DNA of 64,000 nucleotides from an uncultured Solirubrobacterales bacterium (GCA_963766115.1 CAVXYR010000006.1:177514-241513); one strand, 5' to 3'. Counted from the stretch's first letter, positions 19,016 through 28,771 are shown. The notes: a model not told the origin generated them from the letters alone. A program made the numbers and translations.

Positions 19016-21496
19016 TCACTCCACCACCCGCAGGGTCGACGGTACGTCCATGCGGCGAAGACGGCGAACGGTCAGCACCGGGGCCAGCGCCATCGCGCCG
19101 ACCCCCGCCACTGCGGCGAGAATGATCGAACCGGACGACAGGGAGGTGACGGTGCCGAGTTCCGGCAGCACCTCTTTGAGGTTGACGTTGACCACCCAGC
19201 CCAGGATCGCGACCCCGAGGGCGATCCCGATCACGGTCGCCAGCACCCCCATGATCAGGCTTTCCACCACCGCCAGCCGGAGTACCGATCTGAGCGGAAC
19301 TCCGTAGGCGAACATCGTCGCGTGTTCGCGGGCCCGCTCGTCGGCGTTGATCGCGGTCGAGTTGAACGCGATCAACAGGACGAGCACCACCGCGATGGCT
19401 ACGACCACGCGGATTATCGCAGCGAAGTCTTCCAGGCCCTGCTCGAGTGACTCACCGAGCGCGGAAGCGGCCTCGACCGAGGCGATGCCGGGGAGGCCTG
19501 CCAGCGATCGCTTGGCGGCGTCCCCGGACAGGCCGGGGGGAGGCACCAGATCGACCGAGTTGACCATTCCGGGCACCCCGAAGAGCGACGACGAGGCGGA
19601 TGCCATGTACACCGGGAACCGGAACGGATCGGGGTGCGTACCGCTGACCGTGACGGCAGTCTCGGCCGACTCGAACCTCCCGGGCCCGGTGCTCCGCGGA
19701 TGGACCAGGGTCAGGCTCTGGCCGGGCTCCACGCCGAGATCCGACGCGGCGCTCTCAGCGAGCAGGACCTCGTCCGGCCGATCGGGAAGGCGCCCGGCCG
19801 AAACGGTCGGAGTCCAGACCGGCTTCCCGGTGGGCAGGGTGTTCAGCGAAACCTCGATCTCGTCGTCGCGGTTGCGCAACTTGGCCGGGATCACCAGCTT
19901 CTCATCGGCGGTCGCGCCGGCATCGCTACCGGTCACCCTTTCGACAGTCGGCGAGCGCTCGTCGTAGAAGCCGTCGAGCGTCACCGTGAGCCGCTCGGGC
20001 GCCGTCTTCAGCGTTTCCTCGGTGTTGCGGTCGATCGTGGCCTGGAACGAGTCGAGCATCCCCGACATCGAAACCGCGACCGCCACCACGGCGCCGCTGG
20101 CCAGCACCGTCAGCGCGGTCCGCCGTGGCGCTCTCAGGACGTTGCGTGCCGGCATCTGGGCCAGGCTGCCGCCGGGCAGTGGGACGTGGGCCAACAGCGG
20201 TGCCAGACCGCCGCCGCGGCTGGAGCGAAAACCCGACCGGATTGCCTCGATCGGGGTCACCCGTACCCCGCGCATCACCGGCCAGGCCGCGGCCAGCAGC
20301 GGTATCACGAAGCCGATCGCCGCCCGCTGGGCGAACGTGCCCGGCCGCAGATCGGTCTTCACGATCGGCAGCGGAAGCTGGTCGATCAGAAGGCCCCGCA
20401 ACCACTCGTTGACGGCAAGGCCGACGATCACCCCGAACAGGACCCCGACCACGGCGATCTGGAGGCCCATCAGCATCGGCCTGATCGCCAGCCGGCGCGG
20501 TTCCAGTCCCAGCGCCATGCCCACTCCGATCTCGCGCCGCTGTGCTTCGACCGTACGGCTGATCAGGTTGAATGCGCCAAAGGTCGCGCCGGCCAGGATC
20601 AGGAAGGCAAATACGTCGAAGAGCTGCTGGTCGTTTTCGGCGTCGTCGTAGAGGATCCGGTGGCCGTCGATGTCGCCGGTATCGCTCACCGTGACTCCCA
20701 GGCCGGGGAGTTGGCGGCCGATCTCGCGCTCGAGTTGCCGTGCGACCGAGGCCCGGTCGAATCCCGGTCGGACGACCAGGGCGAGGTCGTTGACCTGATC
20801 GGGCCGGCCGGTCAGCTGCTGGGCCGAGCGTAGCGGGACGAACACCGGGCTGAAGTCGGACTCGCCGCTGAACGCGCCGCCCGGACCCTGCACCACAAAG
20901 GTCTCCGGCGAGGTCCCCAGGCCGGTCACCTTCACCGCAGCACCCCCGGCCAGCTCGACGCGCGCCGGGGGGACGATTCCGTTGCCTTCCGCGTACTGCG
21001 GGTCGAGCACGGCTGTGGTGCGCGGCCGGTCGGTGGCCTGCCACTCGCCCGACTTGAGCCCGACCGCGTCGACCGGCGGACCGGTGACCTCGACACCGTC
21101 CACGGACCGGGTCGGTCCGGTCTCGACCCCGACGATCTGGCCCGGGGTCGTCACCGGTCGGCCGTCGCCCGAGATGGCCGATATCTGGGTCGGCAGGATC
21201 AACCGCTCGCTCGCCGCGGTGATCTCATCCGCGTCCGGTATCGCTTCCGCGGCCTCCAGCAGTGCCCCGGTCGGGACGAACGAGCCCTCCTCGGCCTGGA
21301 TCCTCAGGTCGTGGACGTTCAGGGCGCCGAAGCTGGCGTCGTTAGAGTCCACCCGCCAGTCGCGCATGCTGCCGAGCCCCGCTGCCAGGCCCACTCCTCC
21401 GGCCAGCAGCAGGCCGATCGCCACGATCAGCGGCCAGCGGCGGCGGAGGTCCCGCCACGACCAGAGAAACCAGAATCGGGGACCGCGCATGGTCAA
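19016..21496 (-). CDS. ABC transporter permease with two FtsX-like domains (MacB/YbbP-like)
   Basis: 826 aa. Two 4-TM FtsX-type modules are separated by large extracytoplasmic regions. Sits 3 nt downstream of the ATPase gene. Confidence 0.85.
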   Translation of the reverse strand: MTMRGPRFWFLWSWRDLRRRWPLIVAIGLLLAGGVGLAAGLGSMRDWRVDSNDASFGALNVHDLRIQAEEGSFVPTGALLEAAEAIPDADEITAASERLILPTQISAISGDGRPVTTPGQIVGVETGPTRSVDGVEVTGPPVDAVGLKSGEWQATDRPRTTAVLDPQYAEGNGIVPPARVELAGGAAVKVTGLGTSPETFVVQGPGGAFSGESDFSPVFVPLRSAQQLTGRPDQVNDLALVVRPGFDRASVARQLEREIGRQLPGLGVTVSDTGDIDGHRILYDDAENDQQLFDVFAFLILAGATFGAFNLISRTVEAQRREIGVGMALGLEPRRLAIRPMLMGLQIAVVGVLFGVIVGLAVNEWLRGLLIDQLPLPIVKTDLRPGTFAQRAAIGFVIPLLAAAWPVMRGVRVTPIEAIRSGFRSSRGGGLAPLLAHVPLPGGSLAQMPARNVLRAPRRTALTVLASGAVVAVAVSMSGMLDSFQATIDRNTEETLKTAPERLTVTLDGFYDERSPTVERVTGSDAGATADEKLVIPAKLRNRDDEIEVSLNTLPTGKPVWTPTVSAGRLPDRPDEVLLAESAASDLGVEPGQSLTLVHPRSTGPGRFESAETAVTVSGTHPDPFRFPVYMASASSSLFGVPGMVNSVDLVPPPGLSGDAAKRSLAGLPGIASVEAASALGESLEQGLEDFAAIIRVVVAIAVVLVLLIAFNSTAINADERAREHATMFAYGVPLRSVLRLAVVESLIMGVLATVIGIALGVAILGWVVNVNLKEVLPELGTVTSLSSGSIILAAVAGVGAMALAPVLTVRRLRRMDVPSTLRVVE

Positions 21497-21499
21497 TCG

Positions 21500-22234
21500 C
21501 TACCAGTGGAGATCCGCCATGTCGGCCGGCTCGTTCGGGCGGTCGGATTCGATCCGACCGCTCGAAAGCTCGACGATCCGGTCGGCGACCCGGGCGATCT
21601 CGCGGTTGTGGGTGACGATCAGGACCGCGGTGCCGGCGGTGTGGGTCACCTCGTGCAACAGCTCCAGGATCTGCACGCCGGTGTGGAAGTCGAGCTCTCC
21701 GGTCGGCTCGTCGGCCAGCACGACCGGATTGCCGGCGACCAGGGCGCGGGCGATCGCCACACGCTGCTGCTCGCCACCGGAAAGCTCATGCGGGAAATGG
21801 TCCGCGCGGTCACTCAGCCCGACCTGCCCGAGCACGCTCATCGCCGCCTCGGCGGCGTCGGCGCGCCCGGCGATGTCGCCGCCGAACCGGACGTTTTCCA
21901 GTGCAGTCAGGCCGGGGAACAGGTTGAAGGTCTGGAATATGAACCCGATCCGGTGGCGGCGAAGCGCGAACAGGTCGGCGCGGGAGGCCTTGGCCAGGTC
22001 CTCTCCGGCGATCACGACGGACCCCACGGTGGGGGTGTCGAGCGCTCCGATCAGGTTGAGCAGCGTCGTCTTGCCGCTTCCCGAGGGACCGAGGATCACT
22101 ACGAACTCACCTGCCGTCACGGTCAGGCTAACTTCGTCCAGGGCTTTCAGGGTGCGTCCACCGATGTCGTAGTGTCGCCCGGCACCCTGCAGGTCGATCA
22201 GCGGGTCATCGGCCTTGGCGGTCGTCTGCATCAT
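21500..22234 (-). CDS. ABC transporter ATP-binding protein (MacB/LolD type)
   Basis: 244 aa. Walker A GPSGSGKTT, signature LSGGEQQRVAIARAL, Walker B VVLADEPTGELD. Confidence 0.9.
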   Translation of the reverse strand: MMQTTAKADDPLIDLQGAGRHYDIGGRTLKALDEVSLTVTAGEFVVILGPSGSGKTTLLNLIGALDTPTVGSVVIAGEDLAKASRADLFALRRHRIGFIFQTFNLFPGLTALENVRFGGDIAGRADAAEAAMSVLGQVGLSDRADHFPHELSGGEQQRVAIARALVAGNPVVLADEPTGELDFHTGVQILELLHEVTHTAGTAVLIVTHNREIARVADRIVELSSGRIESDRPNEPADMADLHW

Positions 22235-22362
22235 GGATGCAGCCTAATACGGGAAATCGGGGGCCGGTTTGCCCGCACAGCGCGGACCGGATCCTGGGTG
22301 CTCGGTCTCGCGGCTCCTGATCGACCTGCTTCGGCTCGGCGAATTCGCCGGGATCGGTCGGG

Positions 22363-24033
22363 CTACTCGGCCGGGATCACTATCCGCGAGCAGGGTGGGG
22401 CACCGGGATCGGCGGCGACGTCACCGGTGTCAAGCACCGGATTGTCCTTGGCGTCGAGCAGGTCGATCTTCAGCTTCGCTTTGGTCACCTCGACCTCGGC
22501 GTAGCTGAACTGGTCGGTCGCGGCGCACTGCATGCCCAGCCCTGTCGGAGGTTGCGGTTTCAGGAAGAGGTTCTGGATCAGCGGGCCGGCAGCAGGATTG
22601 CCGGTCGCCGTGTCGATCTCCCCGGTGTAGTTCTCGGTCGCGACCGGGCCGCTGGTCACGTCGAGGATCCCCGAGTCCTGGACCCCGGCCGGGCCGAGCG
22701 TGTTGAACCGGGCGTCGTTGACCAGGTTGGCGTGGACGTCGGTGGTCAGGAAGACGGCGTTCCTGACCTTGTTCTGAATGAACTTCAGAAGGGCCTGCCG
22801 CTCGTTTTCGTAGCCTTCCCAGCGGTCGTAGGGCAGGGCGTAGTACTGCTGAATCGGCACCTCGTTGAAGATCACCTTGAAGGTCGCGTTCGAGTTCCTG
22901 ATCGCCTTCTTGAAGGTCTTCAGCTGTGAGGAGCCGAGCATCGTCCGGCTGGGGTCGTTGATCGCGTCGAGGCAGCCTTGCGATACCGGGTTGGCCAGGG
23001 TCGGGACCAGCGCGGCGAAAGCGTTGCGCGTGCTTTGAGGAGCGGTCGGCGCCAGGTCGGGATCGCCGCTGCCGGCCGGGTTGTCGCAGGCACCGTCGTA
23101 GTCGGCGCTGGAGGAGCGGAACGAGCGCTCGTCGAGGAAGAAGATCTCGAGGTTCTTTCCCCACCGCTGGGTCCGGTAGATGCCCGACTCCTTCTTGTAG
23201 GCGACCGGGTTGTAGTCGGTGAACGCCTCGACACCGTCCTTGTAGAGCTTCTTGCCACTGATGTTGGTGACGCCCTGCGGCACACCTTGGTTGCTGTAGG
23301 GAAAAGAGTTCTCCTGCTGGGAGAAGTCGTTGAGGAATTCGTGATCGTCCCAGTGGGCGTAGTAGGCGGCCGCGCCACGCGCCTTGACCCAGGGCTTCAT
23401 TCCGAGGTTGGTCTTGTAGGCAGCCCACTTCTGCTTGACCGAGACGGCGACATCGGACAGCGTGTACCCCGGCACCTCGGTGTCGGAATAGATCGTGTCG
23501 CCCATCAACACGTTGAAGTCGTTGTTCTGGGCCTTGATCCTTTTCCAGACCTCGAAGTTGTTCCAGTACGGCTTCGTGTCCCCGGGGAGCGGCCGGGCGT
23601 CCTGGTCGCCGGCGAGCGCGAAACGGATCTTCTTTCTCTGCTTCTGTTTGGGGGCGGTCTTGAAGTGACCCGTCTCGCTCTTGCGGCCGTTCTTCATGCA
23701 GAACCGGTACTTGTACTTCGTCCCGGGGCGAAGCTTCTTGATCCGCTTCTGAACGGTCAGGTCGTTGGACTTCTTCGCCTTGACCGTGTACTTGCCCGGT
23801 GCCTGCTTGAGCTTGCACTTGCCGAACCCCCCCTTTCGGGCGATCTGGATCAGCACTTTGCCCTGCTTGGCCGAACGCGCCCAGACGATTGCCGACTTGG
23901 CCCTGACGTCGCCGGTGGCGACGCCGTACTTGAACCCCTTTGACCCGGCCGATGCCCCGGACGGCAACACCAGGGCTCCAGTCAGAATGAGGAGGAGCAT
24001 GACCGGAGCAAGCAGCGAGCGCGATTTCGGCAT
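22363..24033 (-). CDS. phoD: PhoD-family alkaline phosphatase/phosphodiesterase, secreted, Lys-rich
   Basis: 556 aa. Signal-like MPKSRSLLAPVMLLLILTGALVLPSGASA. PhoD_N-like GVATGDV...SAIVWAR, and metallophosphatase motifs FALAGDQD, GDTIYSD, HWDDHEF. Confidence 0.85.
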   Translation of the reverse strand: MPKSRSLLAPVMLLLILTGALVLPSGASAGSKGFKYGVATGDVRAKSAIVWARSAKQGKVLIQIARKGGFGKCKLKQAPGKYTVKAKKSNDLTVQKRIKKLRPGTKYKYRFCMKNGRKSETGHFKTAPKQKQRKKIRFALAGDQDARPLPGDTKPYWNNFEVWKRIKAQNNDFNVLMGDTIYSDTEVPGYTLSDVAVSVKQKWAAYKTNLGMKPWVKARGAAAYYAHWDDHEFLNDFSQQENSFPYSNQGVPQGVTNISGKKLYKDGVEAFTDYNPVAYKKESGIYRTQRWGKNLEIFFLDERSFRSSSADYDGACDNPAGSGDPDLAPTAPQSTRNAFAALVPTLANPVSQGCLDAINDPSRTMLGSSQLKTFKKAIRNSNATFKVIFNEVPIQQYYALPYDRWEGYENERQALLKFIQNKVRNAVFLTTDVHANLVNDARFNTLGPAGVQDSGILDVTSGPVATENYTGEIDTATGNPAAGPLIQNLFLKPQPPTGLGMQCAATDQFSYAEVEVTKAKLKIDLLDAKDNPVLDTGDVAADPGAPPCSRIVIPAE

Positions 24034-24082
24034 GTGACCATCAAACAGCGTCGGCGCCGACAGCGCAAGTCCCCGTTCGGGA

Positions 24083-24478
24083 TCAGGCGAGCTCGAGCCG
24101 CGCCGGCTCGGCCGGGTCGTAGTAGACCCCCATGCGCTGACCGGTTTCGATGCGGGCCATATCGGCTACGAACTTGCGCTTCACCTGGAACGGGATTCCG
24201 TCCTTCGGCCGGACCTCGAGGGTCAGCTCGACCATGCGAAAACCGGTGGCCTCTCCGCCGGTCAGCCTGGCGTCAAGCACGTAGGCGTCGGCCTTGACCA
24301 TGCCGTCGCGGGGCGGTCTGCCGCGGCTCGGCCAGTCGAGGTAGGCCAGCACCAGGCCGGCGCCGAGTACGCCGATCGCGCCTCCGATCAACCCCGGCCG
24401 GGCGGTTGCGGGGGCGACGAGAGCGCCGACCACCATCGCGATTCCGAGAAGGATCATCAGAACTCCGATCACGAACAC
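24083..24478 (-). CDS. Hypothetical membrane protein (2 TM plus small beta-rich domain, DUF3592-like)
   Basis: 131 aa. Two N-terminal TMs, then ADAYVLDARLTGG...ELTLEVRP...GQRMGVYYDPAEPARLEL. Confidence 0.5.
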   Translation of the reverse strand: MFVIGVLMILLGIAMVVGALVAPATARPGLIGGAIGVLGAGLVLAYLDWPSRGRPPRDGMVKADAYVLDARLTGGEATGFRMVELTLEVRPKDGIPFQVKRKFVADMARIETGQRMGVYYDPAEPARLELA

Positions 24479-24599
24479 CAGTTGAACTTACATCGGACCG
24501 GGTGCCCCGTAAGAATTTTCCAAACCAGTTCGGTGGCGGGCTATGCTCGCAACAGACCACTATCGGCGGGCCGACGGCCCCCTGCGAGGAGCAGAGAAA

Positions 24600-24995
24600 A
24601 TGGGAATGTTCAAGGACATGCGTGACCTGAGCAAGGCCGGCAAAGCGGAGAAGAAAAAGCGCGGAGGCTCGTTCAAGATGATGAAAGACGGCCTGGCTCA
24701 GGCAAACGAGGCCGTGCAACAGGTTCAGGCCGACCAGGAGCTTGCCGAGGGACTGGCCAACGACGGCGTCGACGGGCAGGCGACGATCAACTCGATGGTT
24801 GCCACCGGTAAGCAGGTCAACATGCAGCCCGAGCTCCAGTTCGAGCTATCGGTGAATGTAAACGGGCAGACCAGCGACGTGACCCACGTTCAGGTCGTCT
24901 CGCCGGCGGTCATCGGACAGCTTCAGCCCGGCTCGACGGTTGCGTGCAAGGTTGATCCGAGCGATCACTCCAAACTGATGATCGGGGTTGGCTGA
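24600..24995 (+). CDS. Hypothetical soluble protein with a related small beta-rich domain
   Basis: ATG at 24600 after GAGGAG. MGMFKDMRDLSKAGKAEKKKRGG..., then GQATINSMVATG...FELSVNV...GSTVACKVDPSDHSKLMI. Confidence 0.45.
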   Translation: MGMFKDMRDLSKAGKAEKKKRGGSFKMMKDGLAQANEAVQQVQADQELAEGLANDGVDGQATINSMVATGKQVNMQPELQFELSVNVNGQTSDVTHVQVVSPAVIGQLQPGSTVACKVDPSDHSKLMIGVG

Positions 24996-25040
24996 GCGGG
25001 CACCCCGGTCGGCGAAGGGGTTCCCGGGGCCTGGTCCGGT

Positions 25041-25304
25041 TCAGGCCTCGACGAGCAGCACGATCGACTCCCTGACGACGCCGTCGTGCTCTTCGGCCTC
25101 GAGGGCCTCGGGAGTCTCCAGCGCGGCACCCAGCGCCTCCAGGTCGGGAACGTCCATCAGGACCCCAACCCGGGTCGGATTGGTCGGATCGACGAACTCC
25201 CTGATGTCGCTGACGCCGTGCGCGCCGAAGAACTCCGCACGTTTGGGTGAAGCAAGCCAGTGATCCTTGTCCTTCACATCGTGATAAGCGATTACCGTCG
25301 GCAT
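25041..25304 (-). CDS. Small hypothetical protein (87 aa)
   Basis: ATG at 25304 preceded by GGAGG. Sequence is MPTVIAYHDVKDKDHWLASPKRAEFFGAHGV...; composition is coding-like. Confidence 0.45.
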   Translation of the reverse strand: MPTVIAYHDVKDKDHWLASPKRAEFFGAHGVSDIREFVDPTNPTRVGVLMDVPDLEALGAALETPEALEAEEHDGVVRESIVLLVEA

Positions 25305-25454
25305 GGGAGCCTCCTTGTTTGAAGTTCGGGACCTTGCAGCGACCATCCTAGTTCGCCAGACGGCTTCCTTTCCCGGTTGACCCTGGAAACCGCGGATCGT
25401 CCCTCCGGCCGCAAAGGTTGATCGCCTGGACAGGAAGCATTAAGGTTGTGCGGG

Positions 25455-26342
25455 ATGGCCCATCTCCAGAAGACAGAAGCGGCGCCCGGGAACGAGGAGG
25501 CGGTACGCGCCTGGGACACGGTGCTTTACGAGCGCTGGAAGAAGAACCGCAAGGTCTTCGTCGGCGCGCTGGACGAAGTCACCAGCGAGGTGTTCCACCG
25601 CTCGCCTCCACCTGAAGGCGGGCGCTGCATCGATGTCGGCTGCGGATTCGGCGAGACGACCCAGCAGCTCGCGGAGATCGTCGGCGCCGATGGATTCGTC
25701 CTGGGCACCGATTCTTCGCCCAGGTTCATCGAGGATGCCCGTCGTGAAGCGGCGGACGCGGGGGTCGAGAACGTCGCCTTCGAGGTCTCCGATGCACAGT
25801 CGGCCGCGTGGGACCCCGACTTCGACTATGCCTTCTCACGGATGGGGACGCAGTTCTTCGCCGCACCGGTGCCCGCCATGCGGGCGATCCGCGGTGCGCT
25901 GAAGCCCGGCGGCAAGCTCGGCAAGGTCTGCTGGACCCGCAAGAGTGAAAGCCGTTTCTGGGCGGAGACCGAGGAGGTGGTGCAGCGTTTCCTCTCCCGC
26001 CCCGAGGAGTACGAGGCCGATACGTGTGGGCCGGGACCGTTCTCGCTTGGCAACCCTGATACCTGCCGGGGGATCCTCGAAGCGGCCGGGTTCGAAGAGA
26101 TTGACCTGCACAGGCGCGACTTCGACTACTACATGGGAAGGGACATGGACGAGGCGGTCGACGCACTGCTGGCGATCGGCCCCGGTGCCGAGCTGATCCG
26201 CCTCAACGGTGACTACGGCGAAAGTCGCCGACCCGAGATCGAGGAGGCCCTGATCGCCCACTACTCGGATTGGGAGCAATCCGACGGTTCGATTGTCGGC
26301 CACGGCTCGGTCTGGATCGTCACCGCGACCAACCCCGGCTAG
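25455..26342 (+). CDS. Class I SAM-dependent methyltransferase
   Basis: SAM motif CIDVGCGFGETT, then LGTDSSPRFIE and LKPGGKL. The start could be TTG 25446 or ATG 25455. Confidence 0.75.
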   Translation: MAHLQKTEAAPGNEEAVRAWDTVLYERWKKNRKVFVGALDEVTSEVFHRSPPPEGGRCIDVGCGFGETTQQLAEIVGADGFVLGTDSSPRFIEDARREAADAGVENVAFEVSDAQSAAWDPDFDYAFSRMGTQFFAAPVPAMRAIRGALKPGGKLGKVCWTRKSESRFWAETEEVVQRFLSRPEEYEADTCGPGPFSLGNPDTCRGILEAAGFEEIDLHRRDFDYYMGRDMDEAVDALLAIGPGAELIRLNGDYGESRRPEIEEALIAHYSDWEQSDGSIVGHGSVWIVTATNPG

Positions 26343-26400
26343 CGTCCGCTGCCAGGTTCCGGGGTCGAACGGTCCTCTGTTAAGCGAGACTTGTTCAACC

Positions 26401-26739
26401 GTGCTCGCGGCAGCGAATCTGGCCCTGAAGTTCGTTCTCGAGGTCGCCGCCATCGCGGCCTTCGCCTACTGGGGAGCAAATACGGGAGCGATGCCCCTGT
26501 CCCTGATTCTGGCGGTAGTGGTTCCGGCTACCGCGATTGCGGCATGGGCGGTTTTCGCGGCCCCCAGGTCGGCCAGGCGGCTTCCGCCTGAGTCCAGGAT
26601 TCCCTTCGAGCTGACGGTCTTCGTAGCGGCGGTGCTCGCTTTTCTGGTCGCCGGAGCCTCCGGGGCGGCCGCGATCATGGCCGTCCTGGTCGCGCTCAAC
26701 GCGATCGGGCTGACCGTCTTTGGGCAGTGGGCGAAATGA
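26401..26739 (+). CDS. Small 4-TM membrane protein (YrdB/DUF2568-like)
   Basis: In-frame GTG at 26401 gives VLAAANLALKFVLEVAAIAAFAYWG...; upstream of it the track ORF overlaps the methyltransferase. Confidence 0.5.
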   Translation: MLAAANLALKFVLEVAAIAAFAYWGANTGAMPLSLILAVVVPATAIAAWAVFAAPRSARRLPPESRIPFELTVFVAAVLAFLVAGASGAAAIMAVLVALNAIGLTVFGQWAK

Positions 26740-26751
26740 GGCCCTGATACC

Positions 26752-26780
26752 TTGACGAATGTCGGCCGCCGGGCTAGCCT
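26752..26780 (+). promoter_or_regulatory. Putative sigma-70-type promoter (TTGACG-17 nt-TAGCCT) for the secreted repeat-protein pair
   Basis: TTGACG at 26752-26757 and TAGCCT at 26775-26780, with a 17-nt spacer. AGGAGGG lies before the GTG at 26823. Confidence 0.4.
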
Positions 26781-26822
26781 GAGAACAGGCGACCATCCGG
26801 TCGCGTCAGTCAGGAGGGATCG

Positions 26823-28769
26823 GTGAGCGTGCTGGGTCTGCGCTGCGTTGCAAGGATTGCGGGACCGGCGTCGTCCGCTGCGGCAGTGGCCGTCCTGCTC
26901 GCGTTGGCGGTCTCACCCGCCGGAGCCGCCCCCCAGGGCCCCTGGGTACAGCCTGCAGTCGATCTCTCGGCATCGGCCGCCGACAAAGACGCTCAGGACC
27001 CTCAGATTGCCACCGCACCCGACGGTACCGCGACTGTGGTCTGGCACCGCTGGAATGGCAGCGGAGATGGCGACACGGCGGTAATCCAGGCCGCGACCCG
27101 CCCGCCCGGTGGGGCGTTCAGCGCCCCAGTGGAGGTGTCGGTAGCCGGCCGGACCGCTATCCATCCACAAATCTCGGGCGCTGCCGACGGCAGCGTCACA
27201 GTTGTCTGGCAGCGCGACAACGGCAGCAACACCATCATCCAGGCCGCGACCCGCCCGCCCGGCGGCAACTTCGGCCTTCCGGCGGATCTGTCGGCTCCCG
27301 GCCGGGACGCGGGTGATCCTCAGATCGAGGTAGCCCCCGACGGTGCGGCCACTGCAGTGTGGCGGCGATCCGACGGAAGCAAGCAGATCACTCAGGCCGC
27401 GTCCCGCCCGCCCGGCGGGGTGTTTGGTGCCCCGGTGAATCTGTCGGCCCCTGGCCAGAACGCCTTTGGCAGGCCTCAGGTCGCGTCCGACCCAGACGGC
27501 GCTTTCACCGCGGTCTGGTCCCGCGAGGACGGCAGCAACGACATCGTTCAGGCCGCGACCCGCCCGCCCGGCGGCAGCTTCGGTGCCCCGGTCGATCTGT
27601 CGGCAACTGGCCAGGACAACGACAGGTCCCAGATCGCGATAGCCCCGGACGGCACGGCCACGGTTGTCTGGCGACGCTCCGACGGCACCAACACGATAAT
27701 CCAGGCCGCGACCCGGCCGCCTGGCGGGATATTCGGCGCCCCGATCACTATCTCGACGATCGGCCAGGACGCCCAGGCGCCTCAGATCGCCGCCGCATCG
27801 GACGGCACGGCCACTGCAGTCTGGTTCGGAAACGTAGGAGGCAACTTCATCATCCAGGCCGCGACCCGCCCGCCCGGCGGTAGCTTCGGCGCCCCGGTCA
27901 ATCTCTCGGCCATCGGCCAGAACGCCTTCAACCCCCAGATCACGGTCGGTCCGGACGGCACTGCCACCGTGGTGTGGCAGCGCTCCAACGGCAGCAACAA
28001 CATCATCCAGGCAGCGACCCGGCCACCCGGTGCTCCGTTCGGTTCGCCGGTGAATCTTTCCGCAAACGGCCGCGACGCCGAGCAGGCTCAGATAGCCTCG
28101 TTCCTCGACGGCGCTGCCATCGCGGTCTGGAACCGATTCAACGGGACCAACGAGATCGTTCAATCGATTTCCACCGCCCAGCCCTCACTTCTGCTCGGCG
28201 TGGCCAAGAACGGCTCCGGCAAAGGCACGGTCACCTCCAGCCCCGCGGGAATCGACTGCGGCAACGACTGCGCCGCGAGCTACCTCTCGTTCACCAAGGT
28301 CACCCTGGCCGCCACGCCCGAGAACGGCAGCTCATTCGAGGGCTGGGGAGGGGCCTGCGAGGAGGCGGCCGGTAACACCTGCGAGCTGACCATGCTCGAC
28401 GACGAAAATGTCACCGCCACCTTCGGCAAGGCGGGGTTGAAGGTGACCAGGGTCAAGCCGAGAAAGCCGAAGGTCAAGCGAGGCAGGAAGGTCAAGCTCA
28501 AGGTAACGGCCAAGAACACAGGCGATGCGACGGCCAACAAGGCAAAGCTATGTGTAAAGCTGAAAAAGAGCGTGAAGAAGAAGCTCAAGCCAAAAGGCAA
28601 GAACTGCAAGAAGCTCGGCTCACTGGCTCCGGGCAAGGCCAAGACCAGGACCTTCAAGCTGAAGGCCACCGGCAGGGCCAAGCGAGGCAAGAAGTACAAG
28701 GCCCAGTTCAGGCTTTCGGCTGACGGGCCGAAGGCCGCCAAGGCGGCGGTCGGGGTGAAGGTGAGGTAG
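26823..28769 (+). CDS. Secreted protein: signal peptide, 8 x 51-aa repeats (propeller-like), InlB-B-repeat-like Cys domain, Lys-rich Ig/CARDB-like C-terminal module
   Basis: 648 aa, GTG start. Repeat consensus is PQIAxAPDGTATVVWxRxDGSNxIIQAATRPPGGxFGAPVxLSAxGQDA. Then GKGTVTSSPAGIDCGNDCAASY...GWGGAC...CELTM...VTATF. The tail has about 33 Lys in about 110 aa by hand count. Confidence 0.85.
   Translation: MSVLGLRCVARIAGPASSAAAVAVLLALAVSPAGAAPQGPWVQPAVDLSASAADKDAQDPQIATAPDGTATVVWHRWNGSGDGDTAVIQAATRPPGGAFSAPVEVSVAGRTAIHPQISGAADGSVTVVWQRDNGSNTIIQAATRPPGGNFGLPADLSAPGRDAGDPQIEVAPDGAATAVWRRSDGSKQITQAASRPPGGVFGAPVNLSAPGQNAFGRPQVASDPDGAFTAVWSREDGSNDIVQAATRPPGGSFGAPVDLSATGQDNDRSQIAIAPDGTATVVWRRSDGTNTIIQAATRPPGGIFGAPITISTIGQDAQAPQIAAASDGTATAVWFGNVGGNFIIQAATRPPGGSFGAPVNLSAIGQNAFNPQITVGPDGTATVVWQRSNGSNNIIQAATRPPGAPFGSPVNLSANGRDAEQAQIASFLDGAAIAVWNRFNGTNEIVQSISTAQPSLLLGVAKNGSGKGTVTSSPAGIDCGNDCAASYLSFTKVTLAATPENGSSFEGWGGACEEAAGNTCELTMLDDENVTATFGKAGLKVTRVKPRKPKVKRGRKVKLKVTAKNTGDATANKAKLCVKLKKSVKKKLKPKGKNCKKLGSLAPGKAKTRTFKLKATGRAKRGKKYKAQFRLSADGPKAAKAAVGVKVR
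26999..28163 (+). repeat. Coding tandem repeat array, approx 153-bp period (8 units)
   Basis: The CAGGCCGCGACCCGCCCGCCCGG-type core recurs at 27088, 27241, 27394, 27550, 27703, 27856, 28009 and approx 28162. Confidence 0.85.
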
Positions 28770-28770
28770 G
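28164..28770 (+). repeat. 607-bp segment identical to 30083-30689 (copy 1)
   Basis: Constant offset of 1919 bp. All lines I compared are identical, and the track proteins have an identical C-terminal approx 200 aa. Identity ends at 28771 versus 30690. Confidence 0.85.
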
Positions 28771-28771
28771 G

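Noticed and set aside
22363-24033. Lower-GC PhoD gene as a horizontally acquired island
   Set aside because: The GC drop is explained by the very high Lys (AAG/AAA) content of the protein. The flanks show no mobility genes or repeats, so composition alone is not evidence of transfer.
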